NCBI GenBank assembly: GCA_965178125.1 | Contig: OZ237761.1 | Coordinates: 62,001-126,000, forward strand | From: Bilabrum cf. latius | Lineage: Eukaryota | DNA: 64,000 nt | Direction of reading: 5' to 3' | Part shown: piece after piece, positions 11,310 through 22,684 of the stretch | Position numbering within the stretch: position 1 is the stretch's first letter | Layout of the letters: each line of letters starts with the position of its first letter | The notes under the pieces: model-generated | What the model saw: the letters and a program-made list of their open reading frames with translations, nothing else | Databases searched by the model: none | What the model was told of the DNA's origin: nothing | Made by a program: the position numbers and the translations under genes

Positions 11310-14300
11310 ATGCATCACGAAACACGATTTGGGCTTCTTCCTGCTGTGCTTCTTGTGATTACATGTGCCGCAGATCAAGCCGACACAATTGATCAGATCA
11401 CCCAGCGATTCGTTTTTCCTGATAAATCCGACAGATTTGATGAGGGCGTGCTCGCGTTCAATGTTGAGTAGAGAGGACCCCCCGCTTCAACAATTTAGAG
11501 CCTCCCGGTATGCGCGACTTAGTTCGATGAAGCCGGTATCGTCGGCTTCTGCCGTGGCAGGGCCTTTGCGTAGTTGGCTGACTACCCTATGGCCGAGCAT
11601 CAGGACCTTAGAGTGAACTGCTCTTTAGGCGCCTGCGATGTTGCACATTTCGCAACCACACCGTGCCCAGTTAATAAGACTGTGGTAGCAGGGTGCAGAA
11701 GCAGCCCGATACGACTTGGCTTTCACAACGAAAGCTTGCCGGCACAGTCCAGGCGCCAGCCCACGCCTCTTCCTGGCGATGAGTTGCGGAGTCATTTCAT
11801 TCCAGGGCTACGAAAGACAGACTTTGGCGAGCTAACATACCAGTACTACCGATACAGAAGGTCCGGACCTGGGATGCAAACGGCTGACGGACTTTGTCGG
11901 ATGAGCGGATTCGCAAGCGCCATATCGTTCAACGACAGCGCGGCTACCGCATGGGTATCGGATCGTTGGCAAGACGGATGGTCTCGATATGTAGACTTGA
12001 AGCAGTGCCCAGTAAATGCTGAAGTGCCCGGGGATTGCGATGCTTTTTCCAACCACCGCGCCCCACTTAACTAGGCGTTTGCAGTCGAATGCGCCAGGGC
12101 GCGCTTCGTGCTAGGCCCGCAAGACCCCACGGATATCAACGAATTTCTTCCCCTGGATCCATACTCCATGGGAGCTGACGGTATCCTCATGGTATAGCGC
12201 TATCTCGACCCCCTCCATGATGACCCGGGATGTGGCATCACGCCGTACGGCCTAACAGACATGGGCTGGGGCACCAGCAAGGCCACATACGGGCACGTGT
12301 GCGGCGATGCCTTCGACTAGGACACCGCTGACGCCGTGTGCCGCGCCATGCGATTCGATCGAGCAGCCAGCTTCAATGGCAACGTGTCCCTGCAGCAGGA
12401 CGCGTCCTTCCCCCTCGGCTCCCTGCGATGCGACTCGGAGTCCAAATTCCCAACCAACTGCACGATGCAGACGGACCCCTCCACGACGGCGTGGGCGCGC
12501 GCTGGTGTGCCCCAGGGCCAGTGCTCCCACCCCGACGACTCGCTGGCGGGTGCCACGGCCCCGACCTGCCGCACGGGAGGTGTACGGCTACGGTGCGAGC
12601 GGCGTGCCGCCTAGTCACAGTTCTACGTCGGGGACCCGGAATCATACTCGTGGGACCAGACGGGCGGTGTCCTGTACATGGGCGCCTTCACGACGACAAA
12701 CACGGGAACGGCCTGCGTCAGCCGCTCGCTGATCGGCACAGAAGCGGGCCAGGGCGTTGCCGACACCATCTGCAGAGCTGGTGGGATGCATGCGGGCGCT
12801 TTTCCAGGATCGCTGACCGCATCTAGCTTCAGTGGCGCCATGCAGCCTGCAGTTGAAGTTAAGGCATGCCCTGTTGGTGCCATGGACATTGGCCAGTGCA
12901 ACGCAACGTATTTCAGTGACAGTGAGGGGCTGCTCGGGCGCATGGGGCTGGGCGAGGACGGCCCATGCTCGACTGTGGGTGCCGATCTGGTGCAGGCCGA
13001 GGTGCAGTGCATGCCTGGGAAGCCGGTGCTCGCAAGCTACGACGAGTACCGAGAGCCTCGAATCGTGCGGTTCGCTCCCATTCCAGCGGCGGAGCCCCAG
13101 GGTGCGTTGTTCCCTGCGACGGAGGGCTTCTTCGTGTGGGACCAAGCAATGCCTGGCGCCGACACGGTGCAGGGCTGCATGCCCCATGGGTCTGTCGATG
13201 ACGTAGAGGCGGGGTATCGTCTGCTGTGCCAGCACCTCGGGTTCGCGGGGGATGAGGCGCGCCAGCTCGAGAGCTCGAGGGTGTATAGGGCTATTTTTGG
13301 CTCCATCGCCACCAAGCGGCCGGACCTGACCTTCCCCACCACGGGGTGGAGCTGCTCCGCGAATGACACCTCGCTGGGACAGTGCAGCTTTAATAAGAGG
13401 CAATGCGGCCTGAGCTCGTACTTTGACCTGCAGTGCGCTGTCCCCCAGCTCGAGTTGCGCATAGGGCCTGACTTCGTTGTGCAGGCCCGCCTGCTGCTTG
13501 GCGCCAACCAGACCCTCTCTGCCTAGAACGTGACAACGGAATGGTCTGACCTGTGGCACCAGTACAGTCCTACTGACGAGCTGCCAGATCTCATGTGCCA
13601 GCACATGGGACTCTCCCAGGCCGCGTATCGCAAGCTGGATGCGCCGATGGGGAGACGGCCAACCGAAGGCTCCCGCGGGGTCGTCCTCTCCAACACGTGC
13701 GAGGACGGGCACTGCACAGGCAGGCTGTACTACGCCGAGGAGAATAGAGGAGGAGCCACCTGGACCAGGTTTCGGGTGCAGTGCGTGGCCCCCTCTCCTT
13801 CGCCCACGCCGTCCGTCTCTGCCTCACCGTCCGTCACGCCATCAGCCAGCGCCACACCTTCCGGCTCACCTTCCACGGGAGCCTCCCCTTCGACGTCCCC
13901 CACCCCCTCTGCATCGACGAGCTTTGCTGCTGTTCCCTCATAGCAAGGTAGTGGGGGGGAGGGCGGCGGCGGAGACCCAGACCCAGACCCAGACCCAGAC
14001 CCAGACCCATTCGCGTCGATCGCCCCATCTACAGCTGCCGGTGGTGGCGGCGATAGTTCGCGACCCAGCACCTCTCCAGCATCCGGAGACAGCTCTGGAT
14101 CAGGGGCCATTGACGGGCGGGACCAGGGCAATGAAGACGGGTCTAGCGGAGATGGTGGATCGGGCGGTGCTGGCGATGGGTCAAACGACGGTGATGGCGG
14201 TGATGGGCCCACCGATGGGTCAGGGAGTGACGGTCAGGAGGGGCCTGGAGAGACACCGGGTGGGGATGGCGATGGTGGCGATGAGGGGTCTGGCCTAAGC

Positions 14301-14615
14301 GCAGGGGGTGCCGCTGGCATCGCAATCGGCTGTGTTGCGCTTGCGGGTGTCGCCGGTGCTGCGGCCTACTTTTTGGTGGGACCCGGGGCAGCCAGCTCTG
14401 CTGCTGGTGCGTCGAGTGCGCCCGGAAGCGCGTCTGGAAAGGCTGGTGTGTCGGACTCAATGTCATCAAACGACTCTATCCCATTGAAGGGGGCTGGGAC
14501 ATCAGCTCCGGGATTCATCCAGCAGATTGACGGGCCTACCACGTCAGGCGATTTTGGCCGCACAAACCCCCTGCAACAGATTGTCGCCAAACAGGGCACC
14601 ACCGGCTTCGTGTGA
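11310..14615 (+). CDS. Type I membrane protein with SRCR-like cysteine-rich modules, Ser/Pro/Thr stalk, Gly/Asp linker and TM helix (1101 aa); 10 TAG
   Basis: Signal peptide MHHETRFGLLPAVLLVITCAA. SRCR-like YGHVCGDAFD*DTADAVCRAMRF and repeated (L/I)C(Q/R)H(L/M)G(F/L) motifs. SPSPTPS stalk and TM AAGIAIGCVALAGVAGAAAYFLV. Single frame, ends TGA. Confidence 0.75.
13974..14009 (+). repeat. (GACCCA)6 coding microsatellite, encodes (DP)n
   Basis: Read directly from the sequence. Confidence 0.9.
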
Positions 14616-14825
14616 AGTCCGTCAGACTATTTCTGGTTCATTCTGGTGTAGCTGTATCAGGTCGAATCAAGACCACCCGGATTCCGGATCTGATGAATAA
14701 CGATCGGAGGATGCCTGGTCATATGGTCTTGCGCCCGCTATCTGCCAAGATATTCAATGCTTTTTAAGTGTAACCATCGAAATCAGGGAATGCATCAAAA
14801 TTCCATGGCGTCAATCCTGGTTCCG

Positions 14826-16769
14826 TCACTCATCCTTCCTACGACGGGCACGGGGCCGCGAGGATGCCCTGGACCTCTTTGCAGGCCGCCCACTGGCCCC
14901 TGTGCCGCCATCGCCATCGCCATCGCCATCGCCATCGCCATCGCCATCGCCATCGCCATCGCCATCGCCATCGCCATCGCCACCATCACTTCCCTGCTCC
15001 GCGTCTTCTTCATGACCATCGTTTCCACTGGACTGCTTCCCACCGAAATCATGGTTGACTCGCCGCGTGGATTCTGCCGCCCCTTGTCTGCTGCAGCCCT
15101 CTACAGGCACCAGCAGCACGAACACCAGCGATGCGACAAACGCTGTAGCCAGGAAGCCAGCGGCTGCCGCGCCTGCACTGCACTGCAGGTCAGCAATCAC
15201 CAAGGAACCGTCTGCGAGTGCAACCCTCTGGCAATTCCTCTTGGAGACCGAAGGATTGCTGGCCGTGTTGTCTGGCTGCTGCTCGATACTTGGTTGCGCG
15301 GGGGTGCTGGCCGTGTTGTCTGGCTGCTGCTCGACACTTGGTTGCGCGGGGGCGTCTTCGGGGGCAGTCGGGCTCTGGCTCTGGCTCTGGCTCGGAAGCG
15401 TTGGGTCTCGTGGCTCAGCAACACGATCAATCCTCGGCACTGCCTAGCCGACTACTTGCGTGTCACCGTCCGGCTGAATTTCAGTCTGGCGACTCGAAGC
15501 CTGTGCGGCTGTGGAACGGGGGGTGCTCGTTGCAGCGCCAGTGGTAGCACCAGCTACAGTACTTGCGGCTGCCTTATCCTGATCTATGGACATCTCTACG
15601 GTTTGTTCTCTGGATGCAGCGCCCGACTCCTATCCCTCAGTTGCCGGCTTGCGCAGCACGAACACGGGCTCGTAGCTCTTGCGGACACTGACTGGCATGT
15701 CCAGCGCTTCTGGCCTCCAGTCGATCGCGTCCAGAATCTCCCACCCCTCCAGCAGCAAAGGCAGCCGGTGCCTGCCGTACCGCCTGTGCAGGTTCCAGCA
15801 GATCGCATCCGGCCCCACGGGCACTGAGAGGAATAGCACCCCGCCTGGGACCAGGTCACTCATGGCTGCATCCATCGCCAGCAGGTCGCCGTCAGGGCAC
15901 AGCGGGTCACCATACCGGCCCAGCCCGTCGTGGTCAAAGGACGAGGCAGATACGGCCACTTCGAAGCGCGGGGCCGGTTCCAATTTCAATTCCGAGTGGG
16001 ATGCTTCGCCCTCCTCATCGCTGGCCGCAGTGCCCTCCGCGCCATCGCTGGCCGCAGTGGATGCACCATGCCTTGCGGCCCTGGCTCGGTCAAATTCGAC
16101 TGCCTTGCTCTGCGTCATTGGCGCCACGGTCGATTCGAATCGCACCTCGTTGTACTCGATGGTGTGCACGCTGCTCGCTCCAGCCGCAAGCAAGAGCGCT
16201 TCATAGGTCGGCTTGACGGACCCATAGACCACGGCTCGTTTGCCCTTGATCAGAGATTCGTGGCGAGCAAATGCGTCAGAATGCCTGATTTGCAGGACAT
16301 TGCCGCCTCGAGACTGGCTTCTCATCCATTTCTGCAGCTGGGGATCAGGCATGCGCTTCCTGGCAGAGACCGATCCGATGTCCGCTGCGATCTGACGGGA
16401 CTTGTCAAGCTGCTTCTTGTTGACAGTAAGCATTTTGTCAATACTGCTCGCTGGATACGCGTACGATGTCCCCTTGCCGCCGTTCGTATCGTCGATGTGC
16501 ATGGGCGGCGCCATCTGAACTACGCCATCCATGGTGAACGCAGCGGAGCGATCCGATGGCATATACTTTGGTGGAGTTTGACCTTTGTACGAGAAATCCT
16601 TGGTCGTGTCTCTCAATCGGGGCGCCGTCTGAATCTCATCTGGAGTGCGCAGTAGCAGCCGTTTAAGGTCCTTCAAGGATGTTGCTTTCAGATATGGCAG
16701 CACACTCTCTGCATCGCGATCACCAAGCGCAGCTAATACGAATGTAGCTACGATAGCAAGTCGAAGCAT
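14826..16769 (-). CDS. DUF268 (methyltransferase-like) domain protein with signal peptide, low-complexity linker, TM helix and (GD)n tail (647 aa); 2 TAG
   Basis: DUF268 motifs VHTIEYN and SSFDHDGLGRYGDPLCPDGDL. TAGs at 15630 and 15444 are in frame with ORF 14826-15440. Ends TGA. Confidence 0.75.
14907..14981. repeat. (GCCATC)~12 microsatellite encoding (GD)n on the minus strand
   Basis: Read directly from the sequence. Confidence 0.9.
15257..15352. repeat. 48-bp tandem duplication inside the DUF268 protein linker (PAQPS(V/I)EQQPDNTAS twice)
   Basis: Two near-identical copies start at 15257 and 15305. Confidence 0.85.
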
Positions 16770-16915
16770 GCTTGTCGAGTGCGCCGATGACTAAATAGAC
16801 TTGGTCGCCATGCGTCGATGCTCCGGATCCTAGCTGCGATCTTTGCAGAATTTCCTGCCTGTAGTTCAGGTCAACAACAAATTGTGCCTGAAGCTGCATT
16901 AAAGTGCTAATACCA

Positions 16916-18637
16916 ATGCTTGCTATGGCTGGGATAATGACCACATGCTTGCTCAGCGGAGCTATCGCCGACCACGCCTAGGCAACATCTTCTTTCGTCG
17001 TCGACACTAAGCAGATAACCGGCCCGTTTGACAAAATCTGGGAAGGAGCCGTAGGATCTGGACATGCCTCACTTACGCTCCGTGCTGACTGGCAGGAATA
17101 CTACGCCAAGGCCGTGCGGGATATTGGTTTCCGACGGACGCGTTTCCACGGCGTCATGGACGACGATATGTCCACCTACCTCGACGGGAAAACCAACATG
17201 GCAAATGTTCTGAAGTCGTATCAATTCATCGTGGACCAGGGCACCGTGCCAATTATCGAGCTGGGCTTCTTTCCCCTGGTTCTGTCTGGCAATCCGGACG
17301 TCACGCAGTTTCACTACAAAGGAGGCAATTACGTGCCGAGCAACTACAGCAGGTGGGAGCCATTCGTCACTGAGTTTTTGCAGACACTTGTTGACGCCGA
17401 CATCTTCAGCGGGGCGCAGGGCTCCATCAAGGTGGAGGTCTGGAACGAGCCCGACTGCGGCTTCCTGCAGCCGGCCAGCGGCCCCTGCGGGCAGCACGGC
17501 GGTAACCAGTCGGCCTATTGGCAGCTGTACAATGCCACCTCCAGGGCTCTCAAGGCCGTGGACGGCGGATCCTTCCGCGTGGCAGGGCCGGTAACCGCCC
17601 AAGTGGGCTGGATTGCTGACATGATCGATTGGGCCAAGCAGAACGACGCCCCGCTCGACCTCATCTCCTCCCACTTGTACCCCACGGACCCCGTGGTGAA
17701 CCAGACGGATCGCATGGGGTTCATCACCACGGTGCAGGGAGCCGCCCGCACGGCCCAACAGGCGAACCTTCCTTTCAGCCTCACCGAATTCAACGCCGGG
17801 CTGGGTCAGAACACCGAGGACCACCCGTTTTCCGGTGCCTTCGTGGCTCACGTGGCCTCCTTCGCGCAGGAGATGCTTGTTCCCTACGGCGTGGACCTGA
17901 TTTCCTTCTGGTGCGTGAGCGACGTGTTCGAGGAACAGGGTTTCATCTCGACCCCCTTCCACAATGGGTTCGGGCTGCAGACACTCCATGGGGTGCCCAA
18001 GCCGGTCTACAGGGCCATGCAGCTGCTGCACGCTCTGGGGGATGCACAGCTCAAGGTGAGCCCAGGCAACGGACGGGCACTGGCGGGGCCAGACGGCGCA
18101 AGGATCGTGTTCCGGCCGAACCCCTCGGACCCCCAGGGTCCGCCCCTTGTTGGGGTCGCGGGCCAGGACACCCCCAAGGGATCCAGTGACGTCATCGCCG
18201 CCGCCAGCGGCGCTGCCAGCATCGGGTCCATCGACGTGGTGGCAACGCTGCCCGGCGGCAACATTCCAGCTGTGCTGCAAGGCAGCGCTCTCGGGATGGG
18301 TGCGGAGCCGTATCACGCGTACGCCGTTGTGTCGTCATACGAGCCCTCCGGTGTGGCGATCGAGAGCAACACCACAGTGAGCGTGCAGTTCACTGGCATC
18401 GCCGGGGATGCGCCAAGCAACGCCATGCTGGTGCGGGTGGATAATACTCATTCGAATGCACGCGCGGCCTGGGAGTCGCAGGGCAAGCCCCAGTACCCCA
18501 GCAAGAGTCAGATCGAGGAGATGCGGGATGCCTCGCAGCTGCAGGCAGACAGGCAACCGGTGACCCAGTGCGGCGCCGGGTGCGTGGAGGTGTCGGTGAG
18601 CGTGCCGGCGTATGGCGTTGTATTCATAGCGGTGTGA
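16916..18637 (+). CDS. Secreted glycoside hydrolase family 39 (beta-xylosidase-like); 1 TAG
   Basis: Signal peptide ending HA*A (TAG at 16979). Motifs GSGHASLTLRADW, RFHG, EVWNEP (acid/base), LTEFN (nucleophile), SDVFEE and PKPVY. Ends TGA. Confidence 0.9.
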
Positions 18638-18793
18638 TGAGGCTACTTCGTATCTCCAGGGGCGAGGGAGCTCGCTGCGATTTTGTTTGGCTGTTTTAAT
18701 CTTCTTCTTGAAAGAGTCCAGCCTCTGCAGCGGTTGCAACCGAAGATTTGGTTCGGCGAAAGGTTCCTATCAACACACTTCCACCCCAGCCTG

Positions 18794-20320
18794 ATGATCT
18801 CTCAGGCTCTTGTTATTGGCTCATTGGCTGTACTCAGTCAATATGCGTCGGCTAAGGGCTTCGAGATTGTGGAGGGTACCCCAGTGAAGGTGGGAAAATT
18901 CAATCAGAGCATCCTGTACAACATCACTACACCTGGGGACCGCTATTTCGAGCGGCCCCAAATCTTAGACCTGCGTGGCTCTAGTCGATACGACATTGGG
19001 TATGCGGCGGGTGTCTTGATCGGCAAGGGGATTCTTTCTAACTACAATGCCCTGCTTAAGACGATCCTAGGAAACAGCACGCTTGAGCCTGTCGAGCAGG
19101 ACCTGTTCAACGATTTCATCGATTGGCAATGGAACGACTATCTTTCCAAGTAGACCCCCTAGATATATCTGGATGAGATTCGCGGCGTGGAGGACGGCGC
19201 GTCGTCCGTTGGAGCGAGCGGAGCTGGGAAGTGCATGGCGCGCGGCAACGTGCTCGGCAACTTGCCGGGGGATCTCGGCGACATCACCCGAGTACTGATG
19301 GACGAGCTTCTCAACGGCACCAGCGCCCGGGCCACACCCGCCGCCTCTCATTTCCTCTCGTCGGCCGCCCGCGCCGGCTTCCGGGACGACGCGTCCGTCC
19401 GCCAGTGGGCCCTTGCAACCGCCGCCAAGCTGCACGGCCACCACTGCTCGATGATCGGGGCATGGGGGCCCAGGACCGAGGGCGGGAGAGTGCTCACCGG
19501 CAGAAACCTCGACTGGGAGAGCCGCACGGGGGTGGACGAGCACAAGCTGGTGACCGTGTACCACCCCCCCGAGGGGGGGCACCCTCACGCGACCGTGGGC
19601 TTCGCCGCCATCCAGGGGGCTCTGACGGGCATGAGCGCCGCAGGGCTGACCGTGCACGAGGCGAACCTGGAGGAGGCGCAGGAGACGTTCCGTGGGTTCC
19701 CCTGGCTGCTCCGTCTGCGCTGGCTGATGGAGCATGCGGACGATCTGGCGAGCGCCAAGGCGATCTGGGAGGCCACCAACAACACGGTGGGCTTCAACCA
19801 CGGCGTGGGGTCGGCCAAGGACGGAGAGTTCATGGTGATGGAAACGGAGGCCTGGTACACCGCCTACTTCAGGGCCAATGACCCCAGGGAGGCCTCGGCC
19901 ACGGACCCCAAGTCCGGCAAGAAGATCGGAGCCCCGATGCCTCACGCCCTGTGGAGAACGAATCACGGATACGACCCCAAGACGCAGGCGGACTTCCTTT
20001 GGAGCCAGTCTCCGACGAGCAACACAGTCTACCGCTACATGCTCATCCACCAGACCCTAATGGACTACGAGGCGGCGGGCGTGGCCATGACACCCGCCTC
20101 GATGGTGAACACGACGGCCATTGTGGGGCAGAAGGGCGGCCAGGACTGGACCTCGTGCGACGGTGACTACGACAAGGGAACGAACGTTCTCAGCGTCGCG
20201 TTCGACCCGGCGAACCTGGAGCTGTACGCTGCATGGGAGAGCGGTCCCAAAGACGACTGGGCGCCTGCCGCGTGCAGCGACTACATCCACCTCGACATGA
20301 AGCCCTTCTTCCAGAAATGA
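18794..20320 (+). CDS. Secreted peptidase C45 / acid-ceramidase-like Ntn hydrolase; 2 TAG
   Basis: Signal peptide MISQALVIGSLAVLSQYASA. YLSK*TP*IYLDEIRG (TAG 19151, 19160) joins the two ORFs. Nucleophile motif HCSMIGAWG, plus GRNLDW and GMSAAGL. Ends TGA. Confidence 0.85.
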
Positions 20321-20377
20321 AGGAGGGGGGCGGAGATGAAACCGTTCTTCCAGAAGTGAAGGAGGGGCGCGGAGATG
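20297..20377 (+). repeat. 39-bp tandem duplication spanning the C45 gene's last codons and stop (MKPFFQK* twice)
   Basis: atgaagcccttcttccagaaatga.. followed by atgaaaccgttcttccagaagtga.. Confidence 0.8.
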
Positions 20378-20615
20378 CCCTGTCGGTCCGGGCCGTCGAT
20401 CAGACAAGGTGTGTGATGCTATTGGCCATCAAGATTGCGAGCGCGGTGGGCGTGGCTTGTGAACCTGGACTATTTAGGGCACACTGCGCCGCCGCACTCG
20501 CACGCTGATTGCCTGATCATAGCTACGAAAACATGCAATGGAAACTTTGTCCGCACGAACCCATGCGCCAACCAATCCTATCAAAATAGCGATTTCCACG
20601 CGCCTTGCGCTTGCA

Positions 20616-22587
20616 TCACCGGCCCGTCTTCCCGAATCGGACGTTGGCCATGCCGTGTGCCGGCACTTGCACCGTGACGGTCGCCTGGTCTGCGTCCCAT
20701 GAAGCACCCTGCTCCTCCCACACGAGCTGCGATGCCGCCAGCAGCTTGTCGTCCTGCTGCGGGGTCGTGTAATTGGGCAGGCCCATCAGCTGGAAGAGAG
20801 CCAGCGGATTGGCGTGCTGGCTGTCGATGCGCCTGACCTGCGGCTGTGTCCCTCGCAGTAGGCCCGACACACCGCCTACGGACACGGTCACGTTGCAGTC
20901 CGTGATGGGGTCTCCCTGGGTGGCATGGTTGTAGACGGTTATATCCAGCTGCTGCAGGCCCAAGGCCGTCTTGTTCCCTGTGACGAGCACTCCAGTGGTG
21001 CTGGGGCACAGCTGGGCGGAGGGAGTGGCCGGCACGTCTCCGCTGATCCTCCCTGGGTTTGGATGCAGGCCGCCCTTGTCGTCTGACTTGAGCCAGCAGT
21101 GATCCAGCCCTTGCACGGTGGATACGCTCCAGTGGCTGCACCCCTGCAGTGCAATGCACGCGCTGCAGCAGGCCTCTGCCGTGGTGTCATTCGTCGTGCC
21201 GATCACGGTCGCCGTCGGGTAGTCCTGTCCCGGGTGCTGGTTGCAACCGGACGGCTTGTAAGGGGGCGGCACCGGCCCCTGCACCTCTGCCGTGAGATCG
21301 CCCGCCTCGTTGAGGATCTGATAGGCTCTGTAGGTGGGCTTTGGGATCCCAGGCACATTACGATTGCCCCCGCAGCCCATAGCAACGAGCCCAAAGCCCC
21401 CGTGGAAAGTGCAGCGAGCCACGGGGAAGAAGTTCTCCTCGAACACGTCGCTAAAGGCCCAGTAGCTCAGAGCATCGGGCGGGTGCTCCATCTCGTGCGT
21501 GACGCGGGTCACCACCGCTGCCACGTACGCCGCCTGGTCGACAGTGTCGTGGTACGCCGACCCGGGGGCATCCGTGGGGAGTCCGATCCCCTGGGTGCAC
21601 GCCGCGCCGTACTCTGTGACGAGGTACGTCACGTCCGGTCCAAGGATGGCGCGCGCGTCCTTGAGTCCTTCCACAACTCGATCCACCCCGCCCACGTTGG
21701 TGCCGCATCCCGAGTATGCGTGCGAGGATACAAAGTCGAAGGGAGTACCGGTCGATTTAGTGAATTGCAGGAAGTCTGCCAGCCACTTTGTGGGCGAGTT
21801 GGTGGCGGGACCCCCCACGCGGAGCACGGCTGAAGCGTTCTTGAGTCCCCACGCGGCCCGCTGGTACATTTCGAAGTAGTCTTCTTCTGACCCGTCCAGG
21901 AAATTGTCATTTGGCTCGTTCCTGCGGGCATAAAAAGATATGGACAGTTCAAATGCGCACCTTACGAAGGAGCATGGGCAGTCTGATGATATAGGCCAAT
22001 CAAGTGGCTCACCAGACTTCAAAGTAGAACTTCGATGCCTAATCCTCGCCGTACCGCTGCACGATGGCTTTGCCTAGCTTCAGATGAAGATCTTGCCATG
22101 CGTCTAGATCGTTCGGAGGACTGGCATATCCCTTGTAGTGAGTGATTGTGTGGTTTGTTGAGGCCAGCCATTCCGGCACGAATGATAGCTCCAAAATGGG
22201 CAGCATGCCTATTGACAACAGGTTGTCAATGTGAGAGAAAATGTTGTAAAAGGCAAATTGTCCGGGCTACTTGAACACGCTCATATCATCATCGAAGAGT
22301 CCATGGCCGCGAATATAAATCATTCCCAGCTCCTCTGATACCATCGCAAGATGCTGCCTGTAGTCTTGTCGCTAGGCCAATGCCATATGTCCACTACCAA
22401 CAGAGCCTCGAAAGAAGGGCTTCCATGCGATAAAATTGCTAGCATTCGCGCTGAAGGACACCGAGCCGGAAGCAGACCCTTCTGCTGGAAAAACAGAGAA
22501 GATCGCGACGAGGGGCGCCAAGCCAGCCGCCAACAGGTGTAGCCTACGCCTAGATGCACTAATTGGGTAGGTTTTGGCCTCCAGCAT
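20616..22587 (-). CDS. Glycoside hydrolase family 39 with inserted PAN/Apple domain; intron 21922-22012; 3 TAG
   Basis: Motifs GSGHMALA*RQDY, YIRGHGLFDDDM, FEVW^NEP (split by a GT-AG intron), VTEYG and SDVFEE. PAN-like AEACCSAC...CWLKS. TAGs at 22372, 22267, 22039. Ends TGA. Confidence 0.88.
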
Positions 22588-22684
22588 GGAAAAAAGTTAG
22601 ACTTGGGTGCACTTCTGCGCACGCACGCTGCAATTCGGAGCCTAGTAACGGCAAGCTCGGCCTATCCAGCACTAGCAAAGAGCA

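Noticed and set aside
22372-22374. UAG=Leu alternative: this TAG aligns with Leu in the other GH39, and TAG 8439 aligns with Leu in the TF paralog
   Set aside because: Outweighed by Gln-type columns in SulP, RecA, GFA and TRPM, and by many TAGs in polar linkers. It remains real counter-evidence that a genome-wide test should address.
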